Of a DNA stretch of 32,000 nucleotides, positions 1-9,667 are shown piece after piece. This stretch comes from Vibrio cholerae ATCC 14035 (GTDB taxonomy: Bacteria; Pseudomonadota; Gammaproteobacteria; Enterobacterales; Vibrionaceae). Numbering within the stretch: the first letter of the stretch is position 1; each line of letters starts with the position of its first letter. The notes beneath the pieces were generated by a model that had not been told where the DNA came from, searched no databases, and saw nothing but the letters and a program-made list of their open reading frames with translations. The position numbers and the translations under genes were made by a program. The DNA lies in assembly GCF_000621645.1 (NCBI RefSeq), contig NZ_JHXR01000011.1:30001-62000 (forward strand). Reading direction: 5' to 3'.

Positions 1-383
1 TATGGCAGCCTTTGAGTGAGCGTACCGCCCAAGCTCAAGCACGATTACAAACCGAAAAACAGCTACTGAGTTGGGTTAGTGAAAACGCCAACGACATCGT
101 AACGCTCCGTGCGCAAGGGGGCAGTGATGCGCCAAGCGATCAACCACTCAATCAGGTGATCACTAACTCGACGCGTCAGTTCAATATTGAGCTGATCCGC
201 GTGCAGCCGCGCGGCGAAATGATGCAGGTCTGGATCCAACCGCTACCGTTTTCGCAATTGGTCTCATGGATTGCGTATTTGCAAGAGCGCCAAGGGGTGA
301 GCGTGGATGCGATTGATATTGACCGTGGTAAAGTGAACGGCGTTGTGGAAGTCAAACGTCTGCAACTGAAGCGTGGAGGCTGA
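1..383 (+). CDS. epsM: Type II secretion system protein M (EpsM/GspM), C-terminal part; 5' end lies outside the window
   Basis: The frame is open from the window edge (codons in phase with position 3) to TGA at 381-383. The product resembles the C-terminal periplasmic part of GspM-family proteins. It sits immediately upstream of a GspN-like gene at the end of an operon. The assignment is partly from context. Confidence 0.75.
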   Translation, partial: WQPLSERTAQAQARLQTEKQLLSWVSENANDIVTLRAQGGSDAPSDQPLNQVITNSTRQFNIELIRVQPRGEMMQVWIQPLPFSQLVSWIAYLQERQGVSVDAIDIDRGKVNGVVEVKRLQLKRGG

Positions 384-384
384 T

Positions 385-1143
385 ATGAAGCGTGCTGTTG
401 GCTATGGTCTGTTATTTTCCACAGTGTTAATGACCAGCGTGGTCGTGCATTTGCCTGCCCAAGTGGCGCTTAGCCCGCTACCGCTGCCTGAAGGTTTAGA
501 GCTCACTGGTATAGAGGGTACTCTGTGGCAAGGTCAAGCCGCGCAAGTTCGTTGGCAAGGCATGAGCCTAGGCGATCTCAACTGGGATCTCCACCTCTCG
601 GCGTTACTGTTGGGGCAGTTGGAGGCGGATATCCGCTTTGGCCGCGGTAGCAGCACACAACTAAGAGGGAAAGGTGTCGTGGGGGTCGGTTTGAGTGGTC
701 CCTATGCCGATGATTTTTTACTCTCCTTACCGGCTGCGCAAGCCATTACTTGGCTACCGCTACCGGTACCACTGATGGCGCAAGGGCAGTTGGAGATGGC
801 CGTCAAACAGTACCGCTTTGGTGAGCCTTACTGCCAGCAAGCCGAAGGCAGCTTAGCTTGGTCAGCCGCGCAGCTAGAATCGCCGATTGGTGCGCTGCAG
901 CTTGGTACTGTCGTGTCGGATTTTACCTGCCAAGAGAGCGTTGTGACCCTGAAAGGTGGCCAAAAAACTGCGCAGGTGAGCAGTGAATTTAACCTCAGTT
1001 TACAGCCGGACAATCGCTATCAAGCACAAGCGTGGTTTAAACCAGAAGCTGAATTTCCTGAGAGTTTAAAGGAGCAGTTGAGCTGGCTACCGCAGCCTGA
1101 TGGGCAAGGTCGCTATCCGTTCAATCAACAAGGTCAGCTCTAG
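385..1143 (+). CDS. epsN: Type II secretion system protein N (EpsN/GspN), 252 aa
   Basis: ATG 385 is preceded by GGAGG (375-379) and abuts the epsM stop, which suggests translational coupling. The product has a single N-terminal hydrophobic segment (GYGLLFSTVLMTSVVV). It is the last gene before a strong terminator. I preferred ATG 385 over the GTG 373 start in the ORF track. Confidence 0.7.
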   Translation: MKRAVGYGLLFSTVLMTSVVVHLPAQVALSPLPLPEGLELTGIEGTLWQGQAAQVRWQGMSLGDLNWDLHLSALLLGQLEADIRFGRGSSTQLRGKGVVGVGLSGPYADDFLLSLPAAQAITWLPLPVPLMAQGQLEMAVKQYRFGEPYCQQAEGSLAWSAAQLESPIGALQLGTVVSDFTCQESVVTLKGGQKTAQVSSEFNLSLQPDNRYQAQAWFKPEAEFPESLKEQLSWLPQPDGQGRYPFNQQGQL

Positions 1144-1160
1144 GATGTGTTATCCCATTC

Positions 1161-1190
1161 ATTTCACGCCCAACTGGGCGTGAAATTTTA
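1161..1190 (+). terminator. Rho-independent terminator after the eps operon
   Basis: An 11-bp perfect stem (atttcacgccc / gggcgtgaaat) with loop aact is followed by TTTTA. It lies between the convergent genes epsN and cysQ. Confidence 0.7.
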
Positions 1191-1194
1191 TCGG

Positions 1195-2022
1195 CTAGTC
1201 TTTGATTTTTAAGATCTCATTCCAAGGTAAATCCGCATCACCAAGCACGATGAAGTTCGGGTTTTCCAAGGTTTCCCGCTCATTGTACGAGAGGGGCGAT
1301 AATTGAGTGCTCAGAATGCGCCCACCCGCTTCTTCGACAATGCACTGGGTTGCGGCGGTATCCCATTCGCCAGTTGGACCAAGGCGCAGATAGCAATCTA
1401 CCGCACCTTCTGCCACTAAGCAGGCTTTCAGTGCTGCAGAGCCCAGTGGCACCAAGTCATAATTCCAAGCACTGCTTAAACGGCGCGTGATTTTGTTGAT
1501 GTCTTGGCGACGGCTGATGGCAATCGCGATCGAGCTGCTCGGCAGCTCATGTTTGTGAGTCTGAATTTTGAGGCTCTGCGCCATGTCGGGGATCTTCCAC
1601 GCCCCTTTGCCTGCGTAAGCGTAGTAAGTCACACCAGAAACGGGGCCATACACCACCCCCATCACCGGATGGTTATTTTCCACGAGCGCAATGATGGTCG
1701 CGAAGTCGCCGCTACGTGCGATGAACTCTTGAGTGCCATCCAGCGGATCCACCAGCCAATAGCGCTGCCATGTTTCGCGAGTGGCAAGGTCGATATTGGC
1801 TTCTTCCTCCGAGAGGATCGGAATATCAGGGGTCAGCTCGCGCAACTGCTCACACAGAAACTTATGTGCGGCTAAATCGGCGCTGGTGACAGGCGTTGAA
1901 TCACTTTTGGTGAAGGCTTCATAAGATTTATTTTGATAGATATCGAGGATGAGTTGCCCTGCCGCTCGCGCGATGTTAATGACATCGGGCAGTAAGTGCG
2001 AGAGATCCTGTGGTGTAGACAT
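1195..2022 (-). CDS. cysQ: 3'(2'),5'-bisphosphate nucleotidase CysQ, 275 aa
   Basis: The product carries the inositol-monophosphatase family motifs WLVDPLDGT and GEWDTAA. ATG 2022 has GGAG about 8 nt upstream. The 301-aa version in the ORF track would run into nudE, so I trimmed it to MSTPQDL. Confidence 0.85.
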   Translation of the reverse strand: MSTPQDLSHLLPDVINIARAAGQLILDIYQNKSYEAFTKSDSTPVTSADLAAHKFLCEQLRELTPDIPILSEEEANIDLATRETWQRYWLVDPLDGTQEFIARSGDFATIIALVENNHPVMGVVYGPVSGVTYYAYAGKGAWKIPDMAQSLKIQTHKHELPSSSIAIAISRRQDINKITRRLSSAWNYDLVPLGSAALKACLVAEGAVDCYLRLGPTGEWDTAATQCIVEEAGGRILSTQLSPLSYNERETLENPNFIVLGDADLPWNEILKIKD

Positions 2023-2044
2023 AGTGACTCCGAAGGCGTGCGAT

Positions 2045-2593
2045 TCACGCCTGAAGAAAACGCAGAGCCAACAGCAAGGCTGTGATGCTGCGCGCTTCAC
2101 AAAAATCGAGATGGGTCAGCAGATCTTCTGCTTGTGCTAAAGGCCAGCGAATGATCTCCAACGGCTCTGGCTCATCCCCCTCTAACTGTTCTGAGTATAG
2201 ATCCTGAGCAACAAAAAGAACCATTTTACTGGAGAAGTAAGAAGGAGCCAGCACCACCTCTTTGAGCGGCGTTAACTGGCGCGCGCCAAAACCAATTTCT
2301 TCTTTTAATTCACGATTGGCCGCTTGCTCGGCGGTTTCACCATGATCGACCAAGCCTTTTGGAAAGCCTAATTCGTAACGCTCCGTTCCTGCAGCGTATT
2401 CGCGCACGAGGAGTAAATCACCTTGGGCTGTGATCGGCACCATCATCACCGCATGACGACCGCTCGGCTTCATACGCTCGTAAGTTCTTTGTTCACCGTT
2501 TGAGAAACGCAGATCCAAAGCTTCAATAGTAAACAGACGCGATTTGGCGACCGTTTCACGATCCAGAATTTCTGGTAAAGATTTGGATGACAT
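2045..2593 (-). CDS. nudE: ADP compounds hydrolase NudE (Nudix family), 182 aa
   Basis: A Nudix box is present (GLVDHGETAEQAANRELKEEIGF). Length and sequence resemble E. coli NudE. ATG 2593 is preceded by CAGGAG. The gene lies directly upstream of cysQ on the same strand. Confidence 0.8.
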   Translation of the reverse strand: MSSKSLPEILDRETVAKSRLFTIEALDLRFSNGEQRTYERMKPSGRHAVMMVPITAQGDLLLVREYAAGTERYELGFPKGLVDHGETAEQAANRELKEEIGFGARQLTPLKEVVLAPSYFSSKMVLFVAQDLYSEQLEGDEPEPLEIIRWPLAQAEDLLTHLDFCEARSITALLLALRFLQA

Positions 2594-2674
2594 ACGCAGA
2601 CTCCTGAGCAAAAAAGTTTTCTTAATATATGAGAAATAATCACAGTTTGAAACGCTCAATATGCCGACACCAAT

Positions 2675-2702
2675 AAAAAAGCTGATGTGAATACATCAGC
2701 TT
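2675..2702 (-). terminator. Rho-independent terminator downstream of nfuA
   Basis: On the minus strand a 10-bp stem (aagctgatgt / acatcagctt) with a 4-nt loop is followed by a T-run (plus-strand A-run 2675-2680). Confidence 0.75.
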
Positions 2703-2731
2703 CGAATTGGAGTGATAGGCAGGCTGAACGC

Positions 2732-3319
2732 TTAGTAGTAAGAGTGCTCACCGCGATCGTGCTCGGTGGAGTCACGTACCGCAGTCAGTTCACCAGCAAA
2801 TTGAGCCAGCAGCTCTTTCTCAATGCCTTCTTTAAGCGTAACGTCGACCATAGAGCAGCCGTTACAGCCACCGCCAAATTGCACCAGAGCCACACCATCA
2901 TCCGAAATGCTGATCAGACGAACGTGGCCACCATGGCCGGCCAATTGAGGGTTGACTTGGGTTTGCAGGGCGTATTCTACGCGCTCCATCAGCGAGGCAT
3001 CGTCAGAAACTTTGCGCATTTTCGCGTTAGGGGCTTTCAGGGTCAGTTGTGAACCCATTTTGTCGGTGACAAAGTCAATCACCGCTTCTTCCAAAAAGGG
3101 CAAGCTAAGTCCATCAACATAGGCAGAAAAGCCACTGAAAGGGTATTCCGTATCAGTCGCTTCTACGGCTTCCGGTGGGCAGTAAGAGACGCCACACTCG
3201 GCATTTTGGGTGCCTGGGTTAACCACAAACACACGAATATTGGTGCCTTCAGGCTGCTGAGCCAGCAGCTTAGCGAAGTGAGATTGGGCAGATTCAGTAA
3301 TAGTAATTGGATTTGACAC
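2732..3319 (-). CDS. nfuA: Fe/S cluster biogenesis protein NfuA, 195 aa
   Basis: The product is near-colinear with E. coli NfuA as I recall it. It has an A-type N-domain and a Nfu C-domain with [19 protein letters not shown], ending in GEHSYY. The start is GTG at 3317-3319. Confidence 0.92.
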   Translation of the reverse strand: MSNPITITESAQSHFAKLLAQQPEGTNIRVFVVNPGTQNAECGVSYCPPEAVEATDTEYPFSGFSAYVDGLSLPFLEEAVIDFVTDKMGSQLTLKAPNAKMRKVSDDASLMERVEYALQTQVNPQLAGHGGHVRLISISDDGVALVQFGGGCNGCSMVDVTLKEGIEKELLAQFAGELTAVRDSTEHDRGEHSYY

Positions 3320-3406
3320 GACGAATACCTGAGTAAAAGAATAGGTTATTGCTCACCATTCTACTCCTGAGTTAGCGATGATCCAGCCCTTTTGCGTTAA
3401 AAAACG

Positions 3407-4117
3407 TCAACCGTGGCTATCTTTCGGCTCGGGAGTGCGGCATATGCAGTAAATATCAATGCTTTGCACACCGACATCAAGCAGTAAATCGCATAAATGT
3501 CGGATCGTACTGCCTGTGGTCACCACATCGTCCACAATCGCAACATGTGGTTGGTTTGGCGGATGATTCAGCACAAACGCATCGCGTAGGTTGTGGATTC
3601 GCTGCGCCTTGCTGAGTCCTTGTTGATGCGGTGTCGCTCGGCGGCGTGCAAAGAGTTGGTGGTCATATTCAACGTTCAGCATATTGGCTAACTCGCGCGC
3701 CAGCAGATCGCTTTGATTAAAGCCGCGTTGCCAGCGTCGCCGCCAATGCAGTGGCACGCTGCACAGCAACGGGGCTGGCTCGTTAATCTGGGTGGCGAGT
3801 AGCTTAGCCAAGCGCGGCGCTTGCCAAAACTGGCGTTGGTATTTGAGTTGATGCACCGCATCACTAAGTGGAAAGCGGTAATCGCCGACACACATCAGTT
3901 TTCGCCACGGCGGAGGCTGACCCAAACACTGCCCGCACTGATCAACTGGGGTAAGAGTCGGTAAACCGCAGCGTGCGCAGCGATAACCGTGCTCAAGCCA
4001 AGCTTGGCAGGCAGAGCAGACGCCAAACGGCGAATTTGTATCTAGCGCCAGTCGACAGAGATGACATTCCGGAGTCAGCAGTGGTGCGGTAGTTTTTCTG
4101 AGCCAATGGGTTAACAT
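3407..4117 (-). CDS. comF: ComF-family competence / DNA-uptake protein (GntX homologue, PRTase fold), 236 aa
   Basis: The N-terminus has four Cys pairs (CHLC, CSAC, CARCG, CGQC) forming a zinc-finger region. The C-terminus has the phosphoribosyltransferase motif VAIVDDVVTTGST. The gene is divergent from bioH, as gntX-bioH is in E. coli. I chose ATG 4117 (MLTHWL), because the 286-aa ORF would overlap the bioH start region. Confidence 0.75.
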   Translation of the reverse strand: MLTHWLRKTTAPLLTPECHLCRLALDTNSPFGVCSACQAWLEHGYRCARCGLPTLTPVDQCGQCLGQPPPWRKLMCVGDYRFPLSDAVHQLKYQRQFWQAPRLAKLLATQINEPAPLLCSVPLHWRRRWQRGFNQSDLLARELANMLNVEYDHQLFARRRATPHQQGLSKAQRIHNLRDAFVLNHPPNQPHVAIVDDVVTTGSTIRHLCDLLLDVGVQSIDIYCICRTPEPKDSHG

Positions 4118-4202
4118 AGCGAGCCAAGAATCGGGGTAATGTGCTTCATCTTGCCAATTGGCAGAGTGGATGAAGATGGAAATAGACGGAGAAACTGTGA
4201 CC

Positions 4203-4964
4203 ATGGCGTTGTATTGGCAAGTCAGTGGACAAGGGCAAGATCTGGTATTGGTACACGGCTGGGGCATGAACGGGGCGGTATGGCAGCAAACCGCACAAGC
4301 CTTGAGTGACCATTTTCGAGTGCATGTGGTGGACTTACCCGGTTATGGTCATAGTGCCGAGCAACATGCCGCAAGCTTAGAAGAGATTGCTCAAGCCTTG
4401 TTAGAGCATGCACCGCGCAACGCCATTTGGGTCGGCTGGTCACTGGGTGGCTTAGTCGCCACGCACATGGCGCTGCATCATTCAGACTATGTCAGCAAAT
4501 TGGTGACGGTCGCTTCCTCGCCCAAATTTGCGGCGCAGGGCAGCTGGCGTGGTATTCAACCGGATGTGCTGACCGCGTTTACCGATCAGTTGGTGGCCGA
4601 TTTTCAGCTGACCATTGAGCGCTTTATGGCGCTGCAAGCCATGGGTAGCCCAAGTGCGCGCCAAGATGTGAAAGTGCTTAAACAGGCTGTGCTGTCGCGC
4701 CCTATGCCTAATCCACAATCATTGCTCGCAGGGCTGACGATGCTCGCCGAAGTCGATTTGCGTGATGAGCTGCAACACATCAGCGTGCCTATGCTGCGGC
4801 TATATGGTCGGTTGGATGGGTTAGTCCCCGCGAAAGTCGCCCGTGATTTGAACCATTTAGCGCCTTACAGTGAAGCGTTCATGTTTGACCAATCTTCCCA
4901 TGCGCCGTTTATGACCGAGGCGGAGGCGTTTTGTCAGCAGCTTATCGAGTTTGCGACTCGTTAG
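4203..4964 (+). CDS. bioH: Pimeloyl-[ACP] methyl ester esterase BioH, 253 aa
   Basis: This is an alpha/beta hydrolase with the nucleophile elbow GWSLGG and the LVLVHGWG oxyanion region. The N-terminus MALYWQVSGQGQDLVLVHGWG aligns with the E. coli BioH N-terminus. Start choice among 4158, 4170, 4176 and 4203 is uncertain. Confidence 0.85.
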   Translation: MALYWQVSGQGQDLVLVHGWGMNGAVWQQTAQALSDHFRVHVVDLPGYGHSAEQHAASLEEIAQALLEHAPRNAIWVGWSLGGLVATHMALHHSDYVSKLVTVASSPKFAAQGSWRGIQPDVLTAFTDQLVADFQLTIERFMALQAMGSPSARQDVKVLKQAVLSRPMPNPQSLLAGLTMLAEVDLRDELQHISVPMLRLYGRLDGLVPAKVARDLNHLAPYSEAFMFDQSSHAPFMTEAEAFCQQLIEFATR

Positions 4965-4966
4965 AT

Positions 4967-5009
4967 CCCCCCTTCCTACTTTAAGCTGTCACTCCAAGTC
5001 GTTTGGGGG
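4967..5009. repeat. Mini ERIC-like element (left and right termini only, core missing)
   Basis: cccttcctacttTaagctg matches the left end of the full copy at 12499-12517 in 18 of 19 positions. actccaagtcgtttggg is identical to the right end of that copy in 17 of 17 positions. The roughly 88-bp core is absent. Confidence 0.6.
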
Positions 5010-5125
5010 AGTGTGAATTTTGTCGCGCTGACCAAAATTTGACTCAATCATTTTCGGAACAGGTCGATAAATAGACTAACCCGGAGTGAAAGCCGAGGGT
5101 GGGCGAAGCTGAGGAGGTTTCGGCT

Positions 5126-5596
5126 ATGCTAGTGTCACCGACCAATGTCAGTGTGCCGCTGATCGCCCCATCAGTGAACGTGCAAACGGAGCAGGCCGCA
5201 CGCGACAATCGCGTTCGCGAGCCAGTGACGCCAACCGTACAACTGGCCAAATCGAACGCTGAACGTAAGATCAAAGAGGATGATAAGCGTCGCAAGCAAC
5301 CATCGTGGGATCCAGCAGAACACCCACGTTATGATATCGGCGGCGAAGCGGAGGCGCAGACCTCCCATCACGATGAACCGAAAAGTGAGCTTGAGCGATT
5401 GTTTGATCTGCTCGCACTCGCTTCGTACAGCCAAGAGCAAGGCAAAGGTTATGCGATGCGTTTTCGCTTACCTAAGCACATCATTGATGCGGCGATAACA
5501 GAAGGCAAAATGGCGCGCCGGCGTGTCGTGATCAAATACTATTATGGTCACGCAGTGGCACCCAACACACCTTCAGACGTGATTGCGGTTTTGTAG
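5126..5596 (+). CDS. Hypothetical protein, 156 aa, no family recognised
   Basis: ATG 5126 lies 8 nt after GAGGAGG (5111-5117). Codon usage looks native. The gene ends 20 nt before a strong bidirectional terminator. The N-terminal two-thirds is charged and low-complexity, and the C-terminal ~55 aa (RFRLPKHIIDAAITEGKMARRRVVIKYYYGH) looks foldable. Confidence 0.55.
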   Translation: MLVSPTNVSVPLIAPSVNVQTEQAARDNRVREPVTPTVQLAKSNAERKIKEDDKRRKQPSWDPAEHPRYDIGGEAEAQTSHHDEPKSELERLFDLLALASYSQEQGKGYAMRFRLPKHIIDAAITEGKMARRRVVIKYYYGHAVAPNTPSDVIAVL

Positions 5597-5615
5597 GTGA
5601 GTTATCTCGCGCAAT

Positions 5616-5646
5616 AAAAATCCCCACAGCTGTGGGGATTTTTTTA
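5616..5646. terminator. Bidirectional rho-independent terminator (orphan ORF / tex)
   Basis: The sequence is AAAAA-tcccca-cagctg-tgggga-TTTTTTT, with an A-run on one side and a T-run on the other. It lies between convergent genes. Confidence 0.85.
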
Positions 5647-5687
5647 TGCAGCATAACGGTTAGGTCATGATGAAATGTGTTTGTCGG

Positions 5688-8009
5688 CTATTTCTTCGCT
5701 TTAGCGAAAGCAGCGGCAAACGCACCGCCCATGGCACCACCCAGTGCATTGCCTTGCGGCTCATCACGGCGTGGAGCGCGACGCTCTTGCCCTGAGCGTG
5801 GCGCAGCGCTGCGTTGGCTGCGGTTATCTTGTCCCGGCTCATCGTTTAAGCGCATCGAAAGGGCGATACGCTTACGCTGCACATCCACTTCCATCACTTT
5901 GACTTTGACGATGTCACCGGCTTTAACCACTTCACGCGGATCTGAGATAAAGCGATCGGTCAGCGCAGAAATATGCACTAAGCCATCTTGATGGACGCCG
6001 ATATCCACGAACGCGCCAAAGTTGGCGACGTTAGAGACCACGCCTTCCAACACCATGCCCACTTCCAGATCTGACACCTCATGGATGCCTTCAGCAAAGG
6101 TCGCGGTTTTGAATTCCGGACGCGGGTCACGCCCCGGTTTATCCAGCTCCTTGATGATGTCGGTCACGGTGGGTACACCAAAGTTTTCATCGGTGTAATC
6201 GACCGCGCGAAGAGTGCGCAGGAACTCTGTATTGCCAATCAGCGCTTTCAGATCTTTGCTGTTCTTCTCAGCGATAGTTTTCACCACCGGATACGCTTCT
6301 GGGTGCACCGCTGAAGCGTCGAGCGGGTTTTTGCCATCCATAATGCGTAGGAAGCCGGCACACTGTTCAAACGCTTTAGGCCCCAAACGCGGCACTTTTT
6401 TGAGGGCACTACGCGACTCAAAACGACCGTTTTCATCACGATAATCCACAATGTTTTGCGCGAGTGCTGCAGACAAGCCCGCAACACGAGTCAGTAGCGC
6501 TGCCGAGGCGGTATTCACATCCACACCTACGGCGTTTACACAGTCCTCAACAATCGCATCAAGACGTTTCGCAAGCAGGGTTTGGCTCACATCGTGTTGA
6601 TACTGGCCAACCCCTATCGATTTCGGGTCGATCTTCACTAATTCTGCGAGTGGGTCTTGCAGACGACGCGCGATAGAGACTGCGCCACGCAGTGACACAT
6701 CGAGATTTGGGAACTCTTTCGCCGCTAGCTCTGAAGCGGAATACACCGATGCGCCCGCTTCGCTGACCATGATTTTTTGTACTTTGAGATTGCCGCGCTT
6801 GATTAAATCTGCCGCAAAAGCATCGGTTTCACGCGACGCCGTACCGTTACCAATCGCAATCAGATCCACGTTGAACTTTTTCACCAGCAGAGCAATAGAC
6901 TGCATGGCGCGATCGTATTGATGCTGTGGTGCGTGCGGGTAAATCGTGTCGGTTGCCAGCACTTTACCGGTTGCGTCAACCACGGCGACTTTACAGCCAG
7001 TGCGCAGACCCGGATCGAGGCCCAGTGTCGCGCGAGGCCCCGCCGGTGCCGCCATCAGCAGATCTTTTAAGTTGGTGGCGAACACTTCAATCGCTTCGAT
7101 TTCCGCGCGCTCTTTCATCGCGCTCATCAGTTCGGTTTCCATGTGCATGGAGATTTTGATTTTCCATGCCCAACTGATCACCTGCTTGCGCCACGCATCG
7201 GCCGTCGCTTGGCTCAAATGAATGCCGTAATGCTCGGCAATCAGAGTTTCGCAGTAGGATTGGCGCGCACTCTCTTCCAATTCAGGATCGGCATTCAGCG
7301 TTAGGGTTAAGAAGCCTTCGTTACGGCCACGCAGCATCGCCAACGCGCGATGTGAAGGCGCTTTGCTGATCGGCTCGCGGTGATCAAAGTAATCTTTAAA
7401 TTTCTCGCCCGCTTGCTCTTTACCCTCGATCACGCGCGACACAATTTCCGCGTTGCGATTGAGGTGCTGACGGATTTTTTCCAGTAGGTTGGCATCTTCC
7501 GCGATGCGTTCCATCACGATAGCGCGTGCGCCATCCAGTGCGGCTTTGCTGTCGGCGACGCCTTTCTCGGCATTAATGTATTTTGCCGCTTCGCTTTCAG
7601 GGTCAGTATTAGGCTGCGTCCACAGCGTATCGGCCAGTGGCTCAAGACCCGCTTCAATCGCGATTTGGCCTTTGGTGCGGCGTTTCGGTTTGTAAGGCAG
7701 ATAGAGATCTTCAAGGCGGTTTTTGCTGTCGGCACTTAAAATCGCCTGCTCCAGCTCAGGGGTGAGTTTGCCTTGTTCTTGAATCGATTTGAGGATGGTT
7801 TGGCGACGGTCATCCATCTCACGCAGATAGGCAAGACGGCTATCTAAGTTGCGCAGTTGGGTATCATCCAATCCTCCCGTCACCTCTTTACGGTAACGGG
7901 CGATAAAAGGAACGGTATTGCCATCGTCGATCAGGGTGACGGCAGCGATAACTTGCTCAGGGCGAACATTCAGTTCTTGAGCAATCTGGTGGCAGATAGC
8001 TTTGCTCAT
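5688..8009 (-). CDS. tex: Transcription accessory protein Tex (YqgF/RuvC-like, HhH and C-terminal S1 domains), 773 aa
   Basis: The product is colinear at high identity with E. coli Tex/YhgF as I recall it ([28 protein letters not shown], and an S1 domain [21 protein letters not shown]). Confidence 0.95.
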   Translation of the reverse strand: MSKAICHQIAQELNVRPEQVIAAVTLIDDGNTVPFIARYRKEVTGGLDDTQLRNLDSRLAYLREMDDRRQTILKSIQEQGKLTPELEQAILSADSKNRLEDLYLPYKPKRRTKGQIAIEAGLEPLADTLWTQPNTDPESEAAKYINAEKGVADSKAALDGARAIVMERIAEDANLLEKIRQHLNRNAEIVSRVIEGKEQAGEKFKDYFDHREPISKAPSHRALAMLRGRNEGFLTLTLNADPELEESARQSYCETLIAEHYGIHLSQATADAWRKQVISWAWKIKISMHMETELMSAMKERAEIEAIEVFATNLKDLLMAAPAGPRATLGLDPGLRTGCKVAVVDATGKVLATDTIYPHAPQHQYDRAMQSIALLVKKFNVDLIAIGNGTASRETDAFAADLIKRGNLKVQKIMVSEAGASVYSASELAAKEFPNLDVSLRGAVSIARRLQDPLAELVKIDPKSIGVGQYQHDVSQTLLAKRLDAIVEDCVNAVGVDVNTASAALLTRVAGLSAALAQNIVDYRDENGRFESRSALKKVPRLGPKAFEQCAGFLRIMDGKNPLDASAVHPEAYPVVKTIAEKNSKDLKALIGNTEFLRTLRAVDYTDENFGVPTVTDIIKELDKPGRDPRPEFKTATFAEGIHEVSDLEVGMVLEGVVSNVANFGAFVDIGVHQDGLVHISALTDRFISDPREVVKAGDIVKVKVMEVDVQRKRIALSMRLNDEPGQDNRSQRSAAPRSGQERRAPRRDEPQGNALGGAMGGAFAAAFAKAKK

Positions 8010-8253
8010 CCGTGGTGGTCTCTTTTTGACATTTTCGGTTTATATGGGGGCAGTTACGCCTGACTCCAGCTCAACGTTTGAATGGAAGAGGAGTTTGAGC
8101 CTGCCCTCTAGACAGTTACTGATAATAGGCGGCTATTAATAACACGTCTGCTGCTCGCTTTTGAGAGCTTTCAGTCAAATCTTTTGCCCTGACTGGCAAA
8201 GCGTGCGAAAAATCGGTACTTTTCGCGCAACCCTATTTTGTTGAGAATCCCGT

Positions 8254-8739
8254 GTGAAAACTAAGCTGATTACCCGAGCTGGCTATAACAAGCTCAAGCA
8301 AGAGCTCGACTATTTATGGAAAGAACAACGTCCCGAGATCACCCAAAAAGTCTCTTGGGCGGCGAGCCTTGGCGATCGCTCAGAGAACGCTGATTACACC
8401 TACAACAAACGCCTGCTGCGACAGATTGATCGTCGTGTACGCTTCCTGAGTAAGTTGCTGCCAGAGCTGAAAATCGTTGATTATTCACCGCAGCAAGAAG
8501 GCAAAGTGTTTTTCGGTGCTTGGGTGGAAATTGAAAACGAAGCCGGAGAGGTGAAGAAGTTTCGCATTGTCGGCCCCGAAGAGATTTACGGTGATGCCAA
8601 AGATTACATCTCGATTGATTCCCCGATGGCGCGCGCGCTACTCAAAAAGCAAGTGGATGAAGAGTTTCAGGTGCACACCCCGACGGGCATCAAAGAGTGG
8701 TTTATCAACTCGATTGAGTATGAGAAAGGGGAATTGTGA
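8254..8739 (+). CDS. greB: Transcription elongation factor GreB, 161 aa
   Basis: The start is GTG at 8254. The product closely matches E. coli GreB (WAASLGDRSENADY, KIVDYSPQQEGKVFFGAWVEIEN, ISIDSPMARALLKK). Confidence 0.95.
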   Translation: MKTKLITRAGYNKLKQELDYLWKEQRPEITQKVSWAASLGDRSENADYTYNKRLLRQIDRRVRFLSKLLPELKIVDYSPQQEGKVFFGAWVEIENEAGEVKKFRIVGPEEIYGDAKDYISIDSPMARALLKKQVDEEFQVHTPTGIKEWFINSIEYEKGEL

Positions 8740-8876
8740 GATCGTGTATTGTGGATTCGTAGCCTATCCGCTACAAAGACATAAAGATTAACAATTCTTT
8801 GCTCCCGGTGAGCGGTAACGATGTTACATTTTACTCGCCCGAAGAGTAGGGGATTGAACAACAGTTAGGTGGGATC

Positions 8877-9599
8877 ATGGTGGAAAATCATAAAGTTTTA
8901 GTGGTAGATGATGATGCGCGCTTGCGTGCGCTGCTTGAGCGTTACCTGTCCGAGCAGGGTTTTCAAGTCCGCAGCGTGGCTAACGGCGAGCAGATGGATC
9001 GTCTGCTGACGCGCGAAAACTTCCATTTGATGGTGCTGGATTTGATGTTGCCGGGTGAAGATGGCTTGTCTATCTGTCGACGTTTGCGCAATTCCAACAA
9101 TATGATCCCGATTCTGATGCTCACTGCCAAAGGCGATGAGATTGACCGCATTGTCGGCCTAGAAGTTGGTGCCGATGATTACCTGCCTAAGCCATTTAAC
9201 CCACGTGAGTTGCTGGCGCGTATCAAAGCGGTATTGCGCCGCCAAGTGGTTGAAGCGCCGGGAGCGCCCAGTGCAGAAGAGACCATCATTGAATTTGGTG
9301 AGTTTCGCTTAAATCTTGGTACGCGAGAAATGTTCCGTGGTGAAGAGGCGATGCCACTCACTTCTGGTGAATTTGCTGTGTTGAAAGCACTCGTGACCAA
9401 TGCCCGTGAACCGCTTTCGCGCGATAAACTGATGAACATGGCGCGTGGCCGTGAATATTCAGCGATGGAGCGTTCGATTGACGTACAGATTTCTCGTCTG
9501 CGTCGTATGCTCGAAGTTGACCCTAGCAAACCGCGCTATATTCAAACCGTATGGGGACTCGGTTACGTGTTTGTTCCTGATGGTAAAGCCGCCAACTAA
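8877..9599 (+). CDS. ompR: Osmolarity response regulator OmpR, 240 aa
   Basis: The product is near-identical in long stretches to E. coli OmpR ([51 protein letters not shown]). ATG 8877 is preceded by TAGGTGGG. Confidence 0.97.
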   Translation: MVENHKVLVVDDDARLRALLERYLSEQGFQVRSVANGEQMDRLLTRENFHLMVLDLMLPGEDGLSICRRLRNSNNMIPILMLTAKGDEIDRIVGLEVGADDYLPKPFNPRELLARIKAVLRRQVVEAPGAPSAEETIIEFGEFRLNLGTREMFRGEEAMPLTSGEFAVLKALVTNAREPLSRDKLMNMARGREYSAMERSIDVQISRLRRMLEVDPSKPRYIQTVWGLGYVFVPDGKAAN

Positions 9600-9667
9600 C
9601 TTCTTTTAGGCACGCCGGGCAAGGGCGTCCTCGCTCCGCGCGTGCCCTTGCTACATTTAGGTGCCTT

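Noticed and set aside
4152-4163. Perfect palindromes in intergenic DNA: TGCCAATTGGCA (4152-4163, comF-bioH divergent region), GTGTTAACAC (21255-21264) and CTGGATCCAG (18172-18181).
   Set aside because: With about 3.5 kb of intergenic sequence in the window, roughly one 12-bp and several 10-bp perfect palindromes are expected by chance. None matches an operator consensus I know. They are kept only as context within other findings.
5063-5070. Sigma28-like -10 element GTCGATAA upstream of the orphan ORF, which would hint at a flagellar-regulon gene.
   Set aside because: No TAAAGTTT-like -35 lies at the required ~11-nt spacing. The best candidate, CAAAATTT, is 22 nt away.
8059-8086. Possible third, degenerate ERIC fragment in the tex-greB intergenic region (ctgactccagctcaacgtttgaatgg compared with ctgcaactccaagtcgtttgggtat).
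   Set aside because: The similarity requires several indels and is too weak to call by eye. It needs a proper alignment against the genome's repeat family.
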